The notes: generated from the sequence alone by a model not told the origin. DNA of 64,000 nucleotides from Octopus sinensis (GCF_006345805.1 NC_042998.1:171616001-171680000); one strand, 5' to 3'; numbered from the stretch's first letter, positions 37,001 to 48,370 are shown. Numbers and translations: made by a program.

Positions 37001-40000
37001 ATATAGTTTACAAGTATTACACAATGAAGGCAAGGAGACACAAAGAACTACCACACACAGATTTATGTATTGAAATCTATGCATATGATTGAGAGAAATC
37101 CATTTTATGTGTATTCACACACACACAGATATGCATGCACAATGGTTTTCTTTCAGTTTCCATCTACCAAATCCACTCACAAGGCTTTGGTTGGTCTGAG
37201 GCTATAGTAGAAGATACTTGCCCAAGGTTCCACACAGTGGGACTGAACCTAGAACCATGTGGTTGGGAAGTAAACTTCTTACCACACAGACATGCCTGTA
37301 CCTGTATAAATACTTGGAAACATTTTCATCAAATATCATCATATCTTCATCAAACCTTAATCTTCACCAGTCCAAACTGTATCAGTTCAGTTCAAATCGG
37401 TCCGAAGTAGATCAGACCAAATTGGTTCAAGATAGATCAGTCCAAATTGGTTCAAGGTAACTCAAACCAGTTCAAATCAATAAACTAGTTCAAACTGATC
37501 TGATCTGGTTCAAACCAGTCTCATCCAGATCAAATAAGTTTAAACTAGTCCAAGATCAGACTAGTTCCATTATTCAAACATTTTCATCAAACCAGTCCAA
37601 ACTGGTTCAAATTGATCCAAACCAGATCAAACACTTTGACTGGATTGGATAAAACTGGATCAGGTTGGTCAAAATTGGTTCAAACAAGTTCATAAAATAT
37701 TTTGACCAAACCAATTAAAACCAGTCAGAACTGGATCAAACTGGTCAAAACCTGAACAGACTGGTTGAAACCAGTATGAACTGCTCACATCAAATGATTG
37801 AAACTGGTTCAAATATCTTCATCAAACATGTCCACAAAACTGGTGACAATTGGTCAAAAGTACTTCAAACTGGTTGAAACATAGAAGTTGAAACTGGATC
37901 AGACCAGGCAAAACCAATTCAAACCAGATTAAACATCTTCAAAAATTTTAACCAGTCCAATAAGGATCAAAACCAGTCCACATCCTGGTCAAAACTGGAT
38001 CAGACTGGTCCAAACTGGATCAGATCAGTCCAAACTAGATCAAACATCTTCATCAAACATTTTGACCAGACTGGTTGAAATTGGTACAACCCACTGCACA
38101 CTGGTTCAAACCAGTTCAATCTGGATCAAACTTCTTCAAGCATTTTGACAGAACTGGCCAAACTGGTTCAAACCAGTCAAAACCTGTTCAAACTGGTCAA
38201 AACCTGATCAAACATCTTCAAACTAGACTGGCCAAAACTGGGTAAGACAGGTTCAAACCAGTTTAACCTGCTTCAAATAGAATCAAGCATCTTCATTGAA
38301 CATTATTGGTCAAAACCCAATTAAACATCTTCATCAAATAGTTCAACCAAACTGATTGAAACTGGATCTGACCAGTGAAAACAGTTAAATCAGATCAAAT
38401 ATTTCAAGAAGACTATTTGAAACCAGTACAAACCAGCCCAAACTGGTGCAAACTGGATCAAATATTTTCATCAAATCAGTCCAAACTGGTTCACACTGGT
38501 CAAAAACAAATCATTTTGATCAGACTAGTCAAAATTGGATCAAACTGGCTGAAAGCAGTTCAAACTAGATGAAACCAGTCTAAACAGGATTAAACGTTTT
38601 CATCAGCTGGTTGAAACTAGTTCAAACTGGATCAAACATCGTCAAGCATTTTGACCAAACTTACCAAAACGGAATTAGTCCAGTTGAAACTGGTTGAAAC
38701 TGCATCAAACATGTTCATCAAAAATTTCAACCAGAGTGGTTGAAACTACCAGATCAAATAGTTCAACAGACCAGTCGAAAATGGAACAACCCAGTGCAAA
38801 CCAGATCAAACATCTTTAACAAACATTTCGATCAGACTGGTTGAAACCAGATCAGACATGTTGAAACTGGTTCAAACCAGATCAAGCATCTTCAAACATT
38901 TTGACAAGACTGGTCAAAATCAGTTCAAACATGTCCAAACTGGATTAAACATCCGACCAGACAGGTTGAAACCAGATCAAACTGATTGACAGTGATCTAA
39001 GCATCTTCATGAAGCATTTCAACCAGACTGGATTGAACATCTTCATCAAACATTTTGACCAGATTGGTAGAAACTAGATCAGACCAGTTGAAACCAGATC
39101 AAACATTCCTGAACCTGAACTAAGAGAGTGCCCGTCTGATGGTGGGAATGTAGCATGCTCCTTGTGTGTCTGTCATCGAAGCCAGCAGCTGGGAGAAGCA
39201 GCGGCAATGTAAGTGAGCTTGGAGACATTGCCAGTAGATCTGGGAAGAGTTGTTTGTTCTTTATAAAGGACCGTGTCCGTGGAATTGGCTCATCCAGAGA
39301 TATGAATTTAGTGCCTGTAGAGTGCCATGTCTTGAGTGGTGTCTGGTGCACTCTTGGCAGCCATGGAAAATCCAGGTCTGGAACGATTTGCTGCTCTTGA
39401 GTAGATCCATACCCACTATCCGCAACCTCTGATAGTCCAAAGAAAATACAGCCTTCTTATCCCTAAGACATAGTTCTCCAGTCACTTTGATGAATATATA
39501 TAAAGTCTAAAGAGCTATGTTGCAAAGATCTGCTCAGAAGAAACTTAATAGCATAAAACTTACCTTTGCCATTCCATAGAGAATGTCAAAATCCCGAAGA
39601 AGATGGTATACAAGTTGGTTACGAGTGGCAATTTCCACTTTACTTAAAGTAAATTTACGATTTTCATCAGGAGGACTAATCATACCATTTCCAACACCAA
39701 AAAGAGTGTTGCATGCCATCTCTATATACAAGACATATCTGAGGATTAAAGAAAGATATTATAAGGAAGTCGATTGGGTAAATATATACTGAGCATTTAT
39801 GACTAGAGGCAGTGATATATTACTATTTATATGCTGAGAAAACAGTCTCATTAGTGAGTCAGACAAAATGCTCAATGGTAATTCTTTTGATTCTTTACAT
39901 TCTGAGATCAAATCCTGCCAAAGCTGATTTTACTTTTCCATTCTTTCTACCTTGATAAAAGAAGGTACCAACCAAGTAGTGGGGTCAATGTAATAGACTT

Positions 40001-40578
40001 GCTACTGTAGTGGTGATTTGAAACCAAACTACTAGGTAAGTGGTTATGCATCACGATCAGACCACAATAGTTTCACATGATTGATCTATTTAAGCAATCA
40101 ATCAGCATCAAGCCATTACATGATTCAATCTTCCAGAATCTTCTCCTTGTGTTTCATACAATAAAAAGGCTCCTTTTGATGGTAATTGCAGAATGTTGAG
40201 CCAACCCCACATTGAGTCTCTGATTCTTGCCACAGTCAGACAGTTAAGACAGATGGCCAATAGTCAACAGTAATCTTTGTTGCCATGAACATAGCACAAT
40301 TGTTTCCTGTTATGATCATATTATCAGCAAGCGTATCATAAGCTCCAAGCAGTATGGCTCTTCCAGTATGTAATTATTTCTGTTGTCATTTGCAAAAGAC
40401 TAACACAGTTAAAACTCTATGTACAATGATAAAATTTTCTATTAATTGTTCATGGGTGTTGTCAGTTACTTCTTCATGCAGCCTGAGAAATACATTTTCA
40501 TTCAACAACTCAACCAGTCAACTTGAAACACTACCTTCTCCTAAAATTGCTTGCCTTGTACTTAAATTAGAAACCATG

Positions 40579-40613
<35 letters not shown>

Positions 40614-43600
40614 CATTATTATGATTATTATTATCATTATTATTATTGAAGGCAGCGAGCTGGTAGAATCATTAGCACAGTGGACGAAATGCATAGCAGT
40701 ATTTGCCTATTGCTATATACTGAGTTCAAATTCCGCCAAAGTCAACTTTGCCTTTCATCCTTTCAGGGGTTGTTAAAACAAGTGCCAGTTAAACACTGGG
40801 ACCAAATCAACTTACCCGCTTCCTTAAAATTATTGGCCTGGTACGAAAATTTGAAATGTTTATTATTATTAAGGCAGGAATCTGGTAGAATTGCTAGTGA
40901 ATCAGACAAAACACTTAATGACATTTCTTCTGGCTTTTTACATTCTGAGTTCAAATTCCACCAAGGTTAACTTTATCATTATCATTTCTGGGTTGATAAT
41001 ATAAAATACCAGTCAAGCACTGGGATCAATATAATTAACTAGCCCCCTTCCATTAAAAATTACTGGCCATGTGCCTGAATTACAACTACTGCTACAAGAT
41101 TGGAGAGCAAAATTAGTAGAGTAAAAAACCAAATATGTTATGGTATTTAGTTTCATATCTTTGCATTTTGAATTCAAATCTTTCTGGGGCTGACTTTGCT
41201 TTGCATCCCTCAGAGTTAATAAAATAAAATACTTGTTATATGCTGAAAATTCTGACTCGGGGAAAATGATCTGAAAATAAGGTATATTGACTTCATCCAA
41301 TTATCCTTATCTTCTAATGTATGAGTGCAAAAGAAACTGGTTATGACCACCACACCTTTGCTTCAGATAACCAACAAATGAGAGAGAGAGAGAGAGCAGT
41401 GCGAGTTCTTTCAAGCTTTGGGAGATGTTGACTTTAAATTGGTCTTCTATTTGTGAAAAGTGGAAAGAATAAATCTTACTCAAGGTTGTCTTTTGTAGCC
41501 TTGTCAGTGAGTAAATACTCCATCCGGTTGTGTAATCCACTGAGACCCTACCAAATAAGACATTTGTCAGATTAAACATCATTATAACTGCATATAATAT
41601 TTACAAATTTGAAGTTATAAGTTTCATGTTAAATTTTCTTAAAATGATTTATAATTTCTCTATGGAGCTAGAGTAATGTCGTTATAAGAACAAAGTTCAT
41701 CATCATCCTCATCAAAGTTTTAATGTTTACTTTTCCATGCTTACATGGATCAGACAAGAGTACATTAACATAGAGAGCAAACTCTGATCTATTTCCAAAT
41801 GAGGTAATAATCTCCCGGTCTGTCAAACAACAAACAGCCAGGATATGTTTACATGGAAAGCTGAAAATATATGATGCATTTTATTTTCGTTTTGTTTATA
41901 AAGACTTATATAGCCTTTTGTTTTGTTTATAAAGACTTATATAGCCTTTTGTTTTGTTTATAAAAACTGCGTAACATGTCAAGAAGCCTAGACACGCTTC
42001 TGCAGTGGACTGTAAACAAAGAACACTGCTTGTATGAACAGTGAGACCTTTGATTACAACCAGCAAATGTGTGACGATGAAGGGAGATACATACACACAC
42101 AGGCATACACATGTGTATGTGTGTGTATGACAGCTTCTTTCAGTTTCCATCAACTGAATCCACATACAAACCTTTAGTTGTCCCAGGGTTATAGTAGAAG
42201 ACATTTACTCAAGATGTCACATAGTGACTAAAGCTGAAATCAGGTTGTTAGGAAGCAAACTTCTTAACTATACATCCTGTATTTTTCAATGTAGAAGACT
42301 ATAACCTACAAACCTCTCAACTATACAACTGAAAACAATATATGACATTAGAAGTTAGGTTAATAATTACCTGTATTGGCTGCCCATTGTGCCAGACCAT
42401 GGCTTCAGATTCTGATTTCCATAACAAGTAGACTGCTTCATTAATATAAGAATCGGGAATGACAACAGTTAGACGAAACCAATGAGTGGACCAGCTGAAA
42501 AGGTGCAGAGAGAGTGGCATGACATTAGAGATTGATTTTTGGATGTGAGGAAGAGTCAAGTTGGTGTAAGCTGGTATTAAGAGAGAGAGAGACGTTAAAT
42601 ACTGACGTTACTTTAAAATACTAATAGTTCAACAGTTGTAAAACTGTTGTACTCTGATTAATGTGTCATATCTCATCAATAAAAACAACTGAGTAAAAAA
42701 GTTTGAGCAATTTTCTCAAATGATATATAAAAATGGAGTGCTTGGTAAAGCTTTAAATAAGACCCAGACATAAGTGCTCTTGATAAGTGTACACAATTAG
42801 CGGGAATATTATGCGATAAAAATGTTGATAATCACAAAACTATTTTAGGTTTAAAGTATGTGTTATTCCTTTTTAAGATAGCAGTGTGTGATTTGAGGGA
42901 GATTTACCTGCTATATCTAACAGGTTGAGTTACTGTATGGTGACTCCTTTACTGATTTGAGAGTAGGTTGGTAATTCTTTAGTTTAAGGTGAATCAGTGA
43001 TTAGCATAAGATGAACAACTGTTCCTGGTTCTGGTAAAAGAAACCCTGCTTCTGTAAAGCCATCTTAATTTTGTAATTTTTCCTTTTCCCAAGTAAGGTA
43101 TTTTCATTCCATTGGTCTTTATATATTGAAGCAGCTGAAATTATGACACTTTTGTTTACTCCTCAAGCACTGCTGATTAGAACACTCAAAAATGACATTT
43201 ACATGGCTAAGTGGATATGGAACTCACTTTGCCAGAACACAGAATAGTACGTTATTTACCTTGAGAGTACCTTTCATATGGATTCAAGGTGCATAAAAAT
43301 ACTCATATTTATATCACTGACAGATGAGAACTCTCTGCTACAACCACCATGTGATTCTGCCCTGCTTGGGATCCTCACTTTCAGATGTCTGGTGGCAACA
43401 TAGCAGCTGAATCTCCTGTCAATGATATATAGAATTTCAGTGTCTATTCATGCACTGATGTCACAAATAGCCAGTGGGTTTATCATCTGTCAATGGTATA
43501 AATTACGAGTACTTTTATGGACCACAAGTCCATATAAGAGGCCCTCTAAAGGTAAATAATACAGTATGCTGAGTTTTAATGCAAAATCCATGTTAAGTTG

Positions 43601-45798
43601 GAGATGAAGATTGCAATTTGGTATAAATACTGTTTCTGTTGCTATTAACCACATTGTTAGTATTTGGTCTCATTGCATAACACCTCTGCTTTCTTCTGTA
43701 GCCTTGACCTATGTCTTGAATAAAATTAGTAGATGGGAACTGTATAAAAGTCCACCTTGTATCAGTGTGAGTGAGAATGCGTGTATGTGTGTGGGAATGC
43801 TTACATTCTTCCACAGGAAGAAACTAAAGCTAAGTTTGGTAATGATGTTTGTTCTCAGTGAAATTGTCCTCATGCTCTGAGCTTTCAAAGAGAAGTGGAA
43901 TAAAAAATATTCTGAAAAGTAATTAGGGTTAGGGATTGTATCCTTTTCAGAATGTCAGTCTGCTGGAATACTGCCACACCCTCTAGTTTATCCTGAAGAC
44001 ATTGATTTACAGATATTCAAGGTGAACATCAACTGCATTAATCTCATTACTTTTGAAGGGCATGCATCAAAGTTCATGAGTACAGTTTCTTCTTTTAAAG
44101 TGAGCCATAAAGAAAGCAAAAAACAAAAAAAAAGTTGTAGAGATATCTATCTGTTCAGGAAATATATGCCTACTTTGTTTTGAAAGTGTTGAAATTATGT
44201 AAAAAAAGAGGTCTGTATGCAAAGTGTAGAAGAATGATACTGATACAAGAGACAACAGTGAGTAAGTTGTTGATATACAGAAAAAGGAAGTTATAATTGT
44301 TGTGAGTGAAGATAATGTAAATGTAAGGGATCACAGTGGTGGTGGAGGTAATGATAATGATATTACTGACCACTGTGATAAAGTGAACTAACAGAAGAAG
44401 GTAACAGATTTTTCAAATAATAATTTCATAACTCACATTGGTCCAAAGCTTTGACCTACTTTGACTGGTTTATAGTCAGCAGCCATGGCAACATTCACAG
44501 GAATTCGTCCAGGGGCTGCAAAGTGTGCTAGATCATCCACAGATGTTGTTTTAGGGTAGAGCCTACAAAATATTTCAATTGTGAAATATAAAGTTAAGGA
44601 AGCACAGATCACTGGTTTACTCAGATTTCATTGTCTTTAAGTATATGAAAGATAAAACTTTCCCTGATCTAGGGATCTCATTAAATGAAAAAAAAAACTA
44701 GTTTTGTGTCCAAACTCATCAACACTCCAGCACTCTTAAGCATACTATCTCTCATGGCAAATGTGTCATCTCAACTCATTTGAAACAGTTAAATAAATGA
44801 CATGGAAATTAACCTCTTACAATGTCTTTTTACATTCCTCATATTTTATCCATAACTCTAAATCCCTTAAATGATTTGTTATTAGCTATGCTGCTGTAGT
44901 AATAGAAAAACACATGACCTATAACATTTGGAGGAAGTCATCCAACACAATTAACTGTGAAGTTTTTGCATATCACTGCAAAGCTCTTTGTACATCACAG
45001 TCAACTTTCCTGCTTCTTGGCCCCTTAACAAGGTCTGTTAACTCAAAGAGAAGGACTTCTTCATCCTACTTTTCTTCAAATGGATGGCTCAGTTAGCACA
45101 ACTCCAGCTGAAAAAGCTTCAACATCTATTGCTTTGCCTCTAACAGTCATCCACTAGTATGGCTTCATAAACTCAGGTCTACTAGAAATTTGGTCTTATA
45201 TTTCACCCTTGGGCTTCATATGTCACTCAACTTCTAGATTGAAAACTTTCTGACAGACTTCATCATTGCAACATTTGCTGTTCAGGTAATCTCCAATCCC
45301 CACTCCATCAATTTGGGAGTATTACAAAGTTCAGAACGTCTTCCACATGCTTCCATTAGTAAATTTATTACCTATTTCTTGCCCATGCTAACAATCCATT
45401 CTCCTATGCAGATGTTACTATTCTTCATTATTTGTTAACCTTCTGTAGACAAATGTCCTCCACACACAATATAAACTACACATGTTAGACCTGAACAACT
45501 TCGTGAACTGAGATCATGTTAGGCTTCATAATCTTTGATATATCTCATAGCAACTCTACATTTATAACATAGTCAAAATTTACCACAAAGACTAAGACTA
45601 CACTTTATACAGTGTGGTGCTGTTGGATTTTAGTACAATAAGAGAAGAAATAAATAATTCTGTAGAGTTTAAGTTCAAACAGAATTTAAGATAACCATAC
45701 CTTCCATATAGGTTGACATCAGTGAAGTAAATAGGTGAAATAAATTTTTCTATTCTTTCAAATGTCGTCCTTTTATGTTTTATTACGTGGTGCTCCAT
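1200..45798 (-). CDS. MAN2C1: Cytosolic alpha-mannosidase 2C1 (GH38); 22 coding exons in window, 3' end continues past position 1
   Basis: Spliced translation gives [36 protein letters not shown] (Zn ligands), [21 protein letters not shown] (nucleophile Asp), [26 protein letters not shown] and [18 protein letters not shown] in the order known for MAN2C1. All 21 introns are GT..AG with matching phases. Confidence 0.97.
1486..2702 (+). mobile_element. Decayed mariner transposon
   Basis: TA|tgaggggtgttcatt left TIR; broken transposase frames ([34 protein letters not shown]); partial right TIR ggaaatctttaa. Confidence 0.92.
2871..2965 (-). CDS. MAN2C1: Coding exon 21 ([25 protein letters not shown]...)
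   Basis: aataaccag| and |gtaaga, 95 nt. Confidence 0.92.
3362..3960 (+). mobile_element. RTE LINE APE endonuclease fragment
   Basis: Broken frames: [31 protein letters not shown]. Confidence 0.8.
4403..4476 (-). CDS. MAN2C1: Probable coding exon 20 (VLYSSHDLY...KSKAYE)
   Basis: Strong acceptor tttttctag| and donor GAG|gtgagc; 74 nt is the phase needed between exons 19 and 21; protein similarity is weak. Confidence 0.6.
4638..4828 (-). mobile_element. tRNA-derived SINE (family A)
   Basis: Reverse strand: A-box tggcagaaacg, B-box gagttcaaattc; related copies at 28122-28349, 40648-40980, ~41000-41260 and ~58230-58350. Confidence 0.75.
5014..5137 (-). CDS. MAN2C1: Coding exon 19 (...[14 protein letters not shown]...)
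   Basis: tttacttgaag| and |gtatga, 124 nt; NTLxWxR motif. Confidence 0.9.
5878..7260 (-). mobile_element. RTE LINE 3' portion: ORF2 C-terminus (partly duplicated in tandem), 3' UTR and (GAT)n tail
   Basis: [32 protein letters not shown] (6509-6898); second similar segment at ~6900-7260; the 3' UTR matches the satellite monomer. Confidence 0.9.
7400..7443 (-). ncRNA. Decayed minimal hammerhead-ribozyme-like motif
   Basis: Minus strand: acag CTGATGA t GGCT-taagg-AGCC aAAAC ttcaaa GTC a ctgt; stems I-III can form, G12 is mutated to A. Confidence 0.5.
7749..7804 (-). CDS. MAN2C1: Coding exon 18 ([19 protein letters not shown])
   Basis: cttcctctag| and |gttagt, 56 nt. Confidence 0.85.
8690..8860 (+). 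mobile_element. Decayed RTE-type 3' end
   Basis: ttaggaagagcatccagctgtagaaac...ccagcatggaaaacagatgttaaa. Confidence 0.6.
10032..10062 (-). CDS. MAN2C1: Coding exon 17 ([10 protein letters not shown]), 31-nt small exon
   Basis: ttaccaacag| and |gtaagt; phase fits both neighbours. Confidence 0.85.
10784..10960 (-). CDS. MAN2C1: Coding exon 16 (YKMYNRQSE...[17 protein letters not shown])
   Basis: tcttttcag| and |gtgagt, 177 nt. Confidence 0.96.
12052..12178 (-). CDS. MAN2C1: Coding exon 15 (VCMSSP...[17 protein letters not shown])
   Basis: gatttcag| and |gtaatt, 127 nt. Confidence 0.96.
12718..13050 (+). repeat. Two tandem ~100-bp tails each followed by (TA)n, the first preceded by a decayed hammerhead-like motif; ends in (GA)n
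   Basis: aagacttttt...ttcctgag...actaatacatttgtttg at ~12751 and ~12871; hairpin GAGC-GTAA-GCTC at 12730-12741. Confidence 0.6.
13858..13963 (+). promoter_or_regulatory. Core-promoter-like motif set (reverse CCAAT, palindromic E-box, TATA-like box, Inr)
   Basis: ATTGG 13858; TGTCACGTGACA 13882-13893; TATTTAAA 13930; TCAGT at 13955 and 13959. Confidence 0.35.
14238..14524 (-). mobile_element. RTE LINE 3' terminus anchoring the satellite
   Basis: (CAT)n on plus, then tttaacgtccgctttccatgctagcatggg, near-identical to the reverse complement of the copies at 245-645 and 32186-32551; tandem ~54-bp subrepeats lead into the array. Confidence 0.85.
14525..26999 (-). repeat. Intronic satellite: 37 monomers of 293-373 bp from an RTE 3' UTR, organised as a 4-monomer higher-order repeat (~1.36-1.38 kb)
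   Basis: Monomer starts counted at gtcttc|gga(t/a)ggtg: 14864, 15201, 15574, 15867, 16234, 16564 ... 26498, 26828; diagnostic variants recur every fourth monomer. Confidence 0.97.
27156..27209 (-). CDS. MAN2C1: Coding exon 14 ([17 protein letters not shown])
   Basis: ttttaacag| and |gtatgt, 54 nt. Confidence 0.93.
27662..27850 (-). mobile_element. RTE ORF2 C-terminal fragment
   Basis: FCYLGNLI...[26 protein letters not shown]. Confidence 0.75.
28122..28349 (-). mobile_element. tRNA-derived SINE (family A), CpG-rich and apparently young copy
   Basis: Reverse strand ggcggcgagctggctgaagcgttagcac...gagttcaaattccgccgaggtcgac. Confidence 0.8.
28914..29005 (-). CDS. MAN2C1: Coding exon 13 ([13 protein letters not shown]...[10 protein letters not shown])
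   Basis: aatttacag| and |gtaagt, 92 nt. Confidence 0.96.
30132..30538 (-). mobile_element. Near full-length tRNA-derived SINE (family B) with internal (TA)/(GT) microsatellite
   Basis: Reverse-strand head aggcgtaggagtggctgtgtggtaag (A box) ... ggttcagtccc (B box); partial copies at 2701-2782, ~7490-7630, ~37145-37300 and ~42130-42280, all on the same strand. Confidence 0.8.
30657..30752 (-). CDS. MAN2C1: Coding exon 12 ([11 protein letters not shown]...FPPGDSY...)
   Basis: ctttttag| and |gtgtgt, 96 nt. Confidence 0.96.
31414..31530 (-). CDS. MAN2C1: Coding exon 11 ([10 protein letters not shown]...SWNLVNKFP), catalytic nucleophile
   Basis: actttacag| and |gtaagt, 117 nt. Confidence 0.97.
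31690..32011 (-). mobile_element. RLE-type (CRE/R2-like) non-LTR retrotransposon, endonuclease fragment
   Basis: [12 protein letters not shown]...[12 protein letters not shown], then after a frameshift AVETSGVLG...ESEWLLQ, the typical C-terminal restriction-like endonuclease pattern. Confidence 0.75.
32186..32551 (+). mobile_element. RTE LINE 3' UTR end with (GAT)n tail, inverted relative to the satellite
   Basis: Reverse complement of the 14238-14750 sequence. Confidence 0.85.
32863..32955 (-). CDS. MAN2C1: Coding exon 10 ([18 protein letters not shown]...)
   Basis: tgttgtag| and |gtaaga, 93 nt. Confidence 0.96.
33509..33619 (-). CDS. MAN2C1: Coding exon 9 (AQQFEWIK...PVGGTWVEM)
   Basis: ctctgttag| and |gtaaag, 111 nt. 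Confidence 0.97.
34069..34175 (-). CDS. MAN2C1: Coding exon 8 ([16 protein letters not shown]...FACSQ)
   Basis: cctgacag| and |gtgagt, 107 nt. Confidence 0.97.
34804..34895 (-). CDS. MAN2C1: Coding exon 7 (...[13 protein letters not shown])
   Basis: tttttatag| and |gtaatg, 92 nt; GHCHID motif. Confidence 0.96.
35333..35635. mobile_element. hAT (Charlie/Buster-like) MITE
   Basis: TIRs CAGTGGTTCCCAAA / TTTGGGAACCACTG; 8-bp TSD ctctaggg / ctcaaggg (one mismatch). Confidence 0.88.
36821..36918 (-). CDS. MAN2C1: Coding exon 6 ([23 protein letters not shown]...)
   Basis: ctcttttag| and |gtatat, 98 nt. Confidence 0.93.
37330..39115. repeat. Degenerate 10-bp-period repeat (CAAACTGGWT / CAAACCAGWT) with interspersed aaacatcttc...aaacattttgacc motif
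   Basis: 37991-38050 reads aaaactggat cagactggtc caaactggat cagatcagtc caaactagat caaacatctt in exact 10-nt register. Confidence 0.9.
39564..39738 (-). CDS. MAN2C1: Coding exon 5 ([14 protein letters not shown]...ILYGMAK)
   Basis: aatcctcag| and |gtaagt, 175 nt. Confidence 0.95.
40579..40648. repeat. (ATT)n microsatellite
   Basis: Directly visible. Confidence 0.95.
41480..41547 (-). CDS. MAN2C1: Coding exon 4 ([22 protein letters not shown])
   Basis: tttggtag| and |gtaaga, 68 nt, bridges phase 0 to phase 2. Confidence 0.88.
42371..42494 (-). CDS. MAN2C1: Coding exon 3 (WSTHWFRL...WHNGQPIQ)
   Basis: ttttcag| and |gtaatt, 124 nt. Confidence 0.95.
44437..44562 (-). CDS. MAN2C1: Coding exon 2 (LYPKTTS...VKVGQSFGP)
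   Basis: ttttgtag| acceptor, |gtgagt donor, 126 nt, phase-compatible. Confidence 0.92.
45701..45798 (-). CDS. MAN2C1: Coding exon 1 ([32 protein letters not shown])
   Basis: ATG at 45798; donor AG|gtatgg; upstream acceptor ttcttcag| at 45810 implies a spliced 5' UTR. Confidence 0.93.
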
Positions 45799-47959
45799 TG
45801 TAGGTCAAAGCTGAAGAAGAAAAGTTGCAGACAGGCTTAAGTTATATAAAATGGTGAATGAGTGAACTTATATTTATTTTATTGAAAAGTATACTGTTAC
45901 AAAGTTGAGACTGGAATGAACTGGAAAATGCAAGATGATTGGGAAAATATATTACATATACAAGAAGATCTCTATTAACTTAAAGAGAAGGATTTCTCCA
46001 TTCTACTCCTCTTCAAATTTATGGCTCAGTCTACCGTTTTGCCTCCACTTTACTATTATACTTGTGGGTGACTTAGAAGCAAATCAGTGACTGTTAATTA
46101 AAAAAAAAAAAAAATCAAGAATTGGTATTGGATGGTAGCCATGACAATGGTTGACTTGGGTTTAGATCTAAAGCAGAGATCAGCTAACTTCTCATATCAG
46201 ACCTCTTCATGGAACCATAAGTTATTGATGCCCATCATGTAAATTTCTAAAATAAAATTTAAAAGTATAGATGAAAAAAAAATTAATTTAAAAACAATAA
46301 TTCCTTCCTTCTTCTGAGTCATTACTACTTTTTATTAGCAAAACTTCAATCATTGCACCAATATTTGGCTGGAAATTAATGAGTTTTAGCCTTAAATTAC
46401 CCCACTCTTCCAAATTCAGTTTGCTAATTATTCAACATCCTTATTACATAAAATTGTTTCAAGTGTTTATTGACCCCTTGGATAGCCACAAATACCCCCA
46501 AGGGTCACTAGTGACTACTTTGCTGACAATTTCAGAATTGGCTGAAGTGAGATAGATGTTCATGATGCAGGATGAGAGAAGGTCAAACAGTGATTGCTTG
46601 GAGGAGTTTGGAGTGGTAGATTCAGCAGATGAACAATAGCAGAGTGTGGAAAGAATAATTTGAGCCAGTGTAACAAGAAGTCTTTGTTGTTGATATCCTG
46701 ATGAATAAAGGAAAGAATGGAGTTTACACAGGTACAGACATCACATTCCAGAGTGAAGTTTAGACAACAGGAGTGAGAGATTTGTGACATAAAAGCTGTG
46801 CTTCATGTCTCAGTAGACGATGTGTGGAATTTAACTTAGGTTGGAGTCTATGAATGTTCAAGAAAAGTGAATTAAGTAGTATTTTGTTTCATGATGTTTG
46901 GTTTAGTCTGATTGAAGTTGGGGAAAAGGAGACTGTGATACTAACTACTACTTTGATCCCTATAAATAACCCAGCTGGATGTAATTTAGGTGAACTTCTC
47001 AAAATCTTGTGTTTGTTAAGGAACTGGAAGATACCAGATGCTTATATCCTCTCCTAGACATTTGCTCCAAATATTTGCAACTGAAGAGAATAAATTCAAC
47101 TAAAGAAAAATGAAACAAGAGATAGCATTAAATGGTGCAAGGGTATGTGGTATTTTATCAGGTCACTAGCAATAGGTCAAAGCTTGTCATATCAAATTTT
47201 CAGGAAGTGAAGTGGTATGATAGTGTTGCCATTGTTCCATATATATGGCTTTTATTATTGCATACACATTACATTCTTCAATATTTTACTTGGGAATTCT
47301 GCAACATTTCAATTGAAAGATAAAATAAATTGATAAAATGACTGATAATCTTAAGACTTTATCACTAATATTCACACATTACGATTCAAAAAGAGGTTAG
47401 CTGCAGACAAGAGGAAGAAATATATGTATTTTATCAGGTACACTGCAATGACTATTTCAGTCCTGACCCAATAATACAAAATCAAAATAACACATGCACA
47501 ACATGCTGAAAGAGACTAACACAATCAAAACAGTAATGTTGTTAGTCTAAGTTGTTTTCTGAAATGCTGTTTTTTTTATTTATAAAGTACAATGACAAGT
47601 AATAATACAATAATGCTAAGAATAGAGAACTCACATTTAGGTACTGAAAGTAGATGGCATCTGAAGAAGTTTTTGACTTGAATTCTTATGAGATTAATAA
47701 AATAAATTTTTGGAATACACTATAATAAATTCAACTAAATCTACCATTCTGTATAAAATGTATAGCCTTATACTGGCATGGTTATTAGAACAGAGTTGCT
47801 TTTTAGTCCTATATTAATTCTGATTAAAAACTTTTATCAAAAGTGATTTGCAATTTTTGAAGAGTATCTGGAATTTTTAGATTAATTATCCAAATGTATT
47901 GTTTTTTTTACTTGCAGTCTGAAGGGGCAGTACACAATGACTTTGCAGATTCTTCTAAG

Positions 47960-48370
47960 CCAGTGAGATTAGTGCTATTAATATTCCCCTTGAACCTTTG
48001 TAAATAAACACTTGCAAGAAAGACACGAGCAAAGAAGGAATTCCGGAGGAGAAAAGCTCTAGGTTAAAAGAGCTGGATGTCAGGATGTCATAATTAATGC
48101 ATAGCTTGGGTAGGGGTGGAAACAAACAGGAGTGATAAGAGGAGGAAAGGCGAGTGGCACAAGAATGCCAGACTAGAGGTCTGGCATTAGAGGAGCAACT
48201 GCCCCATTGGATATACCACAGAAAAGTCTGAGAAAGAAGACGGTGTGATTCTGGGTATGAGGTGAGAGCATGTCTATGACTGACTTTAGGCAAATCAGTT
48301 GGAAGGCCCATTTCTAGATGCAGTCAAGAACGTTTGTGTGTACAGCAGCTGCACTATCCTAGATGGAAGA
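47960..48370 (-). mobile_element. Decayed L2/Crack-like LINE 3' coding end
   Basis: DSAAAVHTNVLDCI and downstream degenerate C-terminal pattern; similar copy on plus at ~57300-57700. Confidence 0.55.

Noticed and set aside
39120-39500. GC-richer block with short ORFs next to exon 5
   Set aside because: Possibly a very decayed LINE RT, but the motifs are too weak to call.
41895-41965. 31-bp local tandem duplication
   Set aside because: Ordinary slippage duplication with no further structure.
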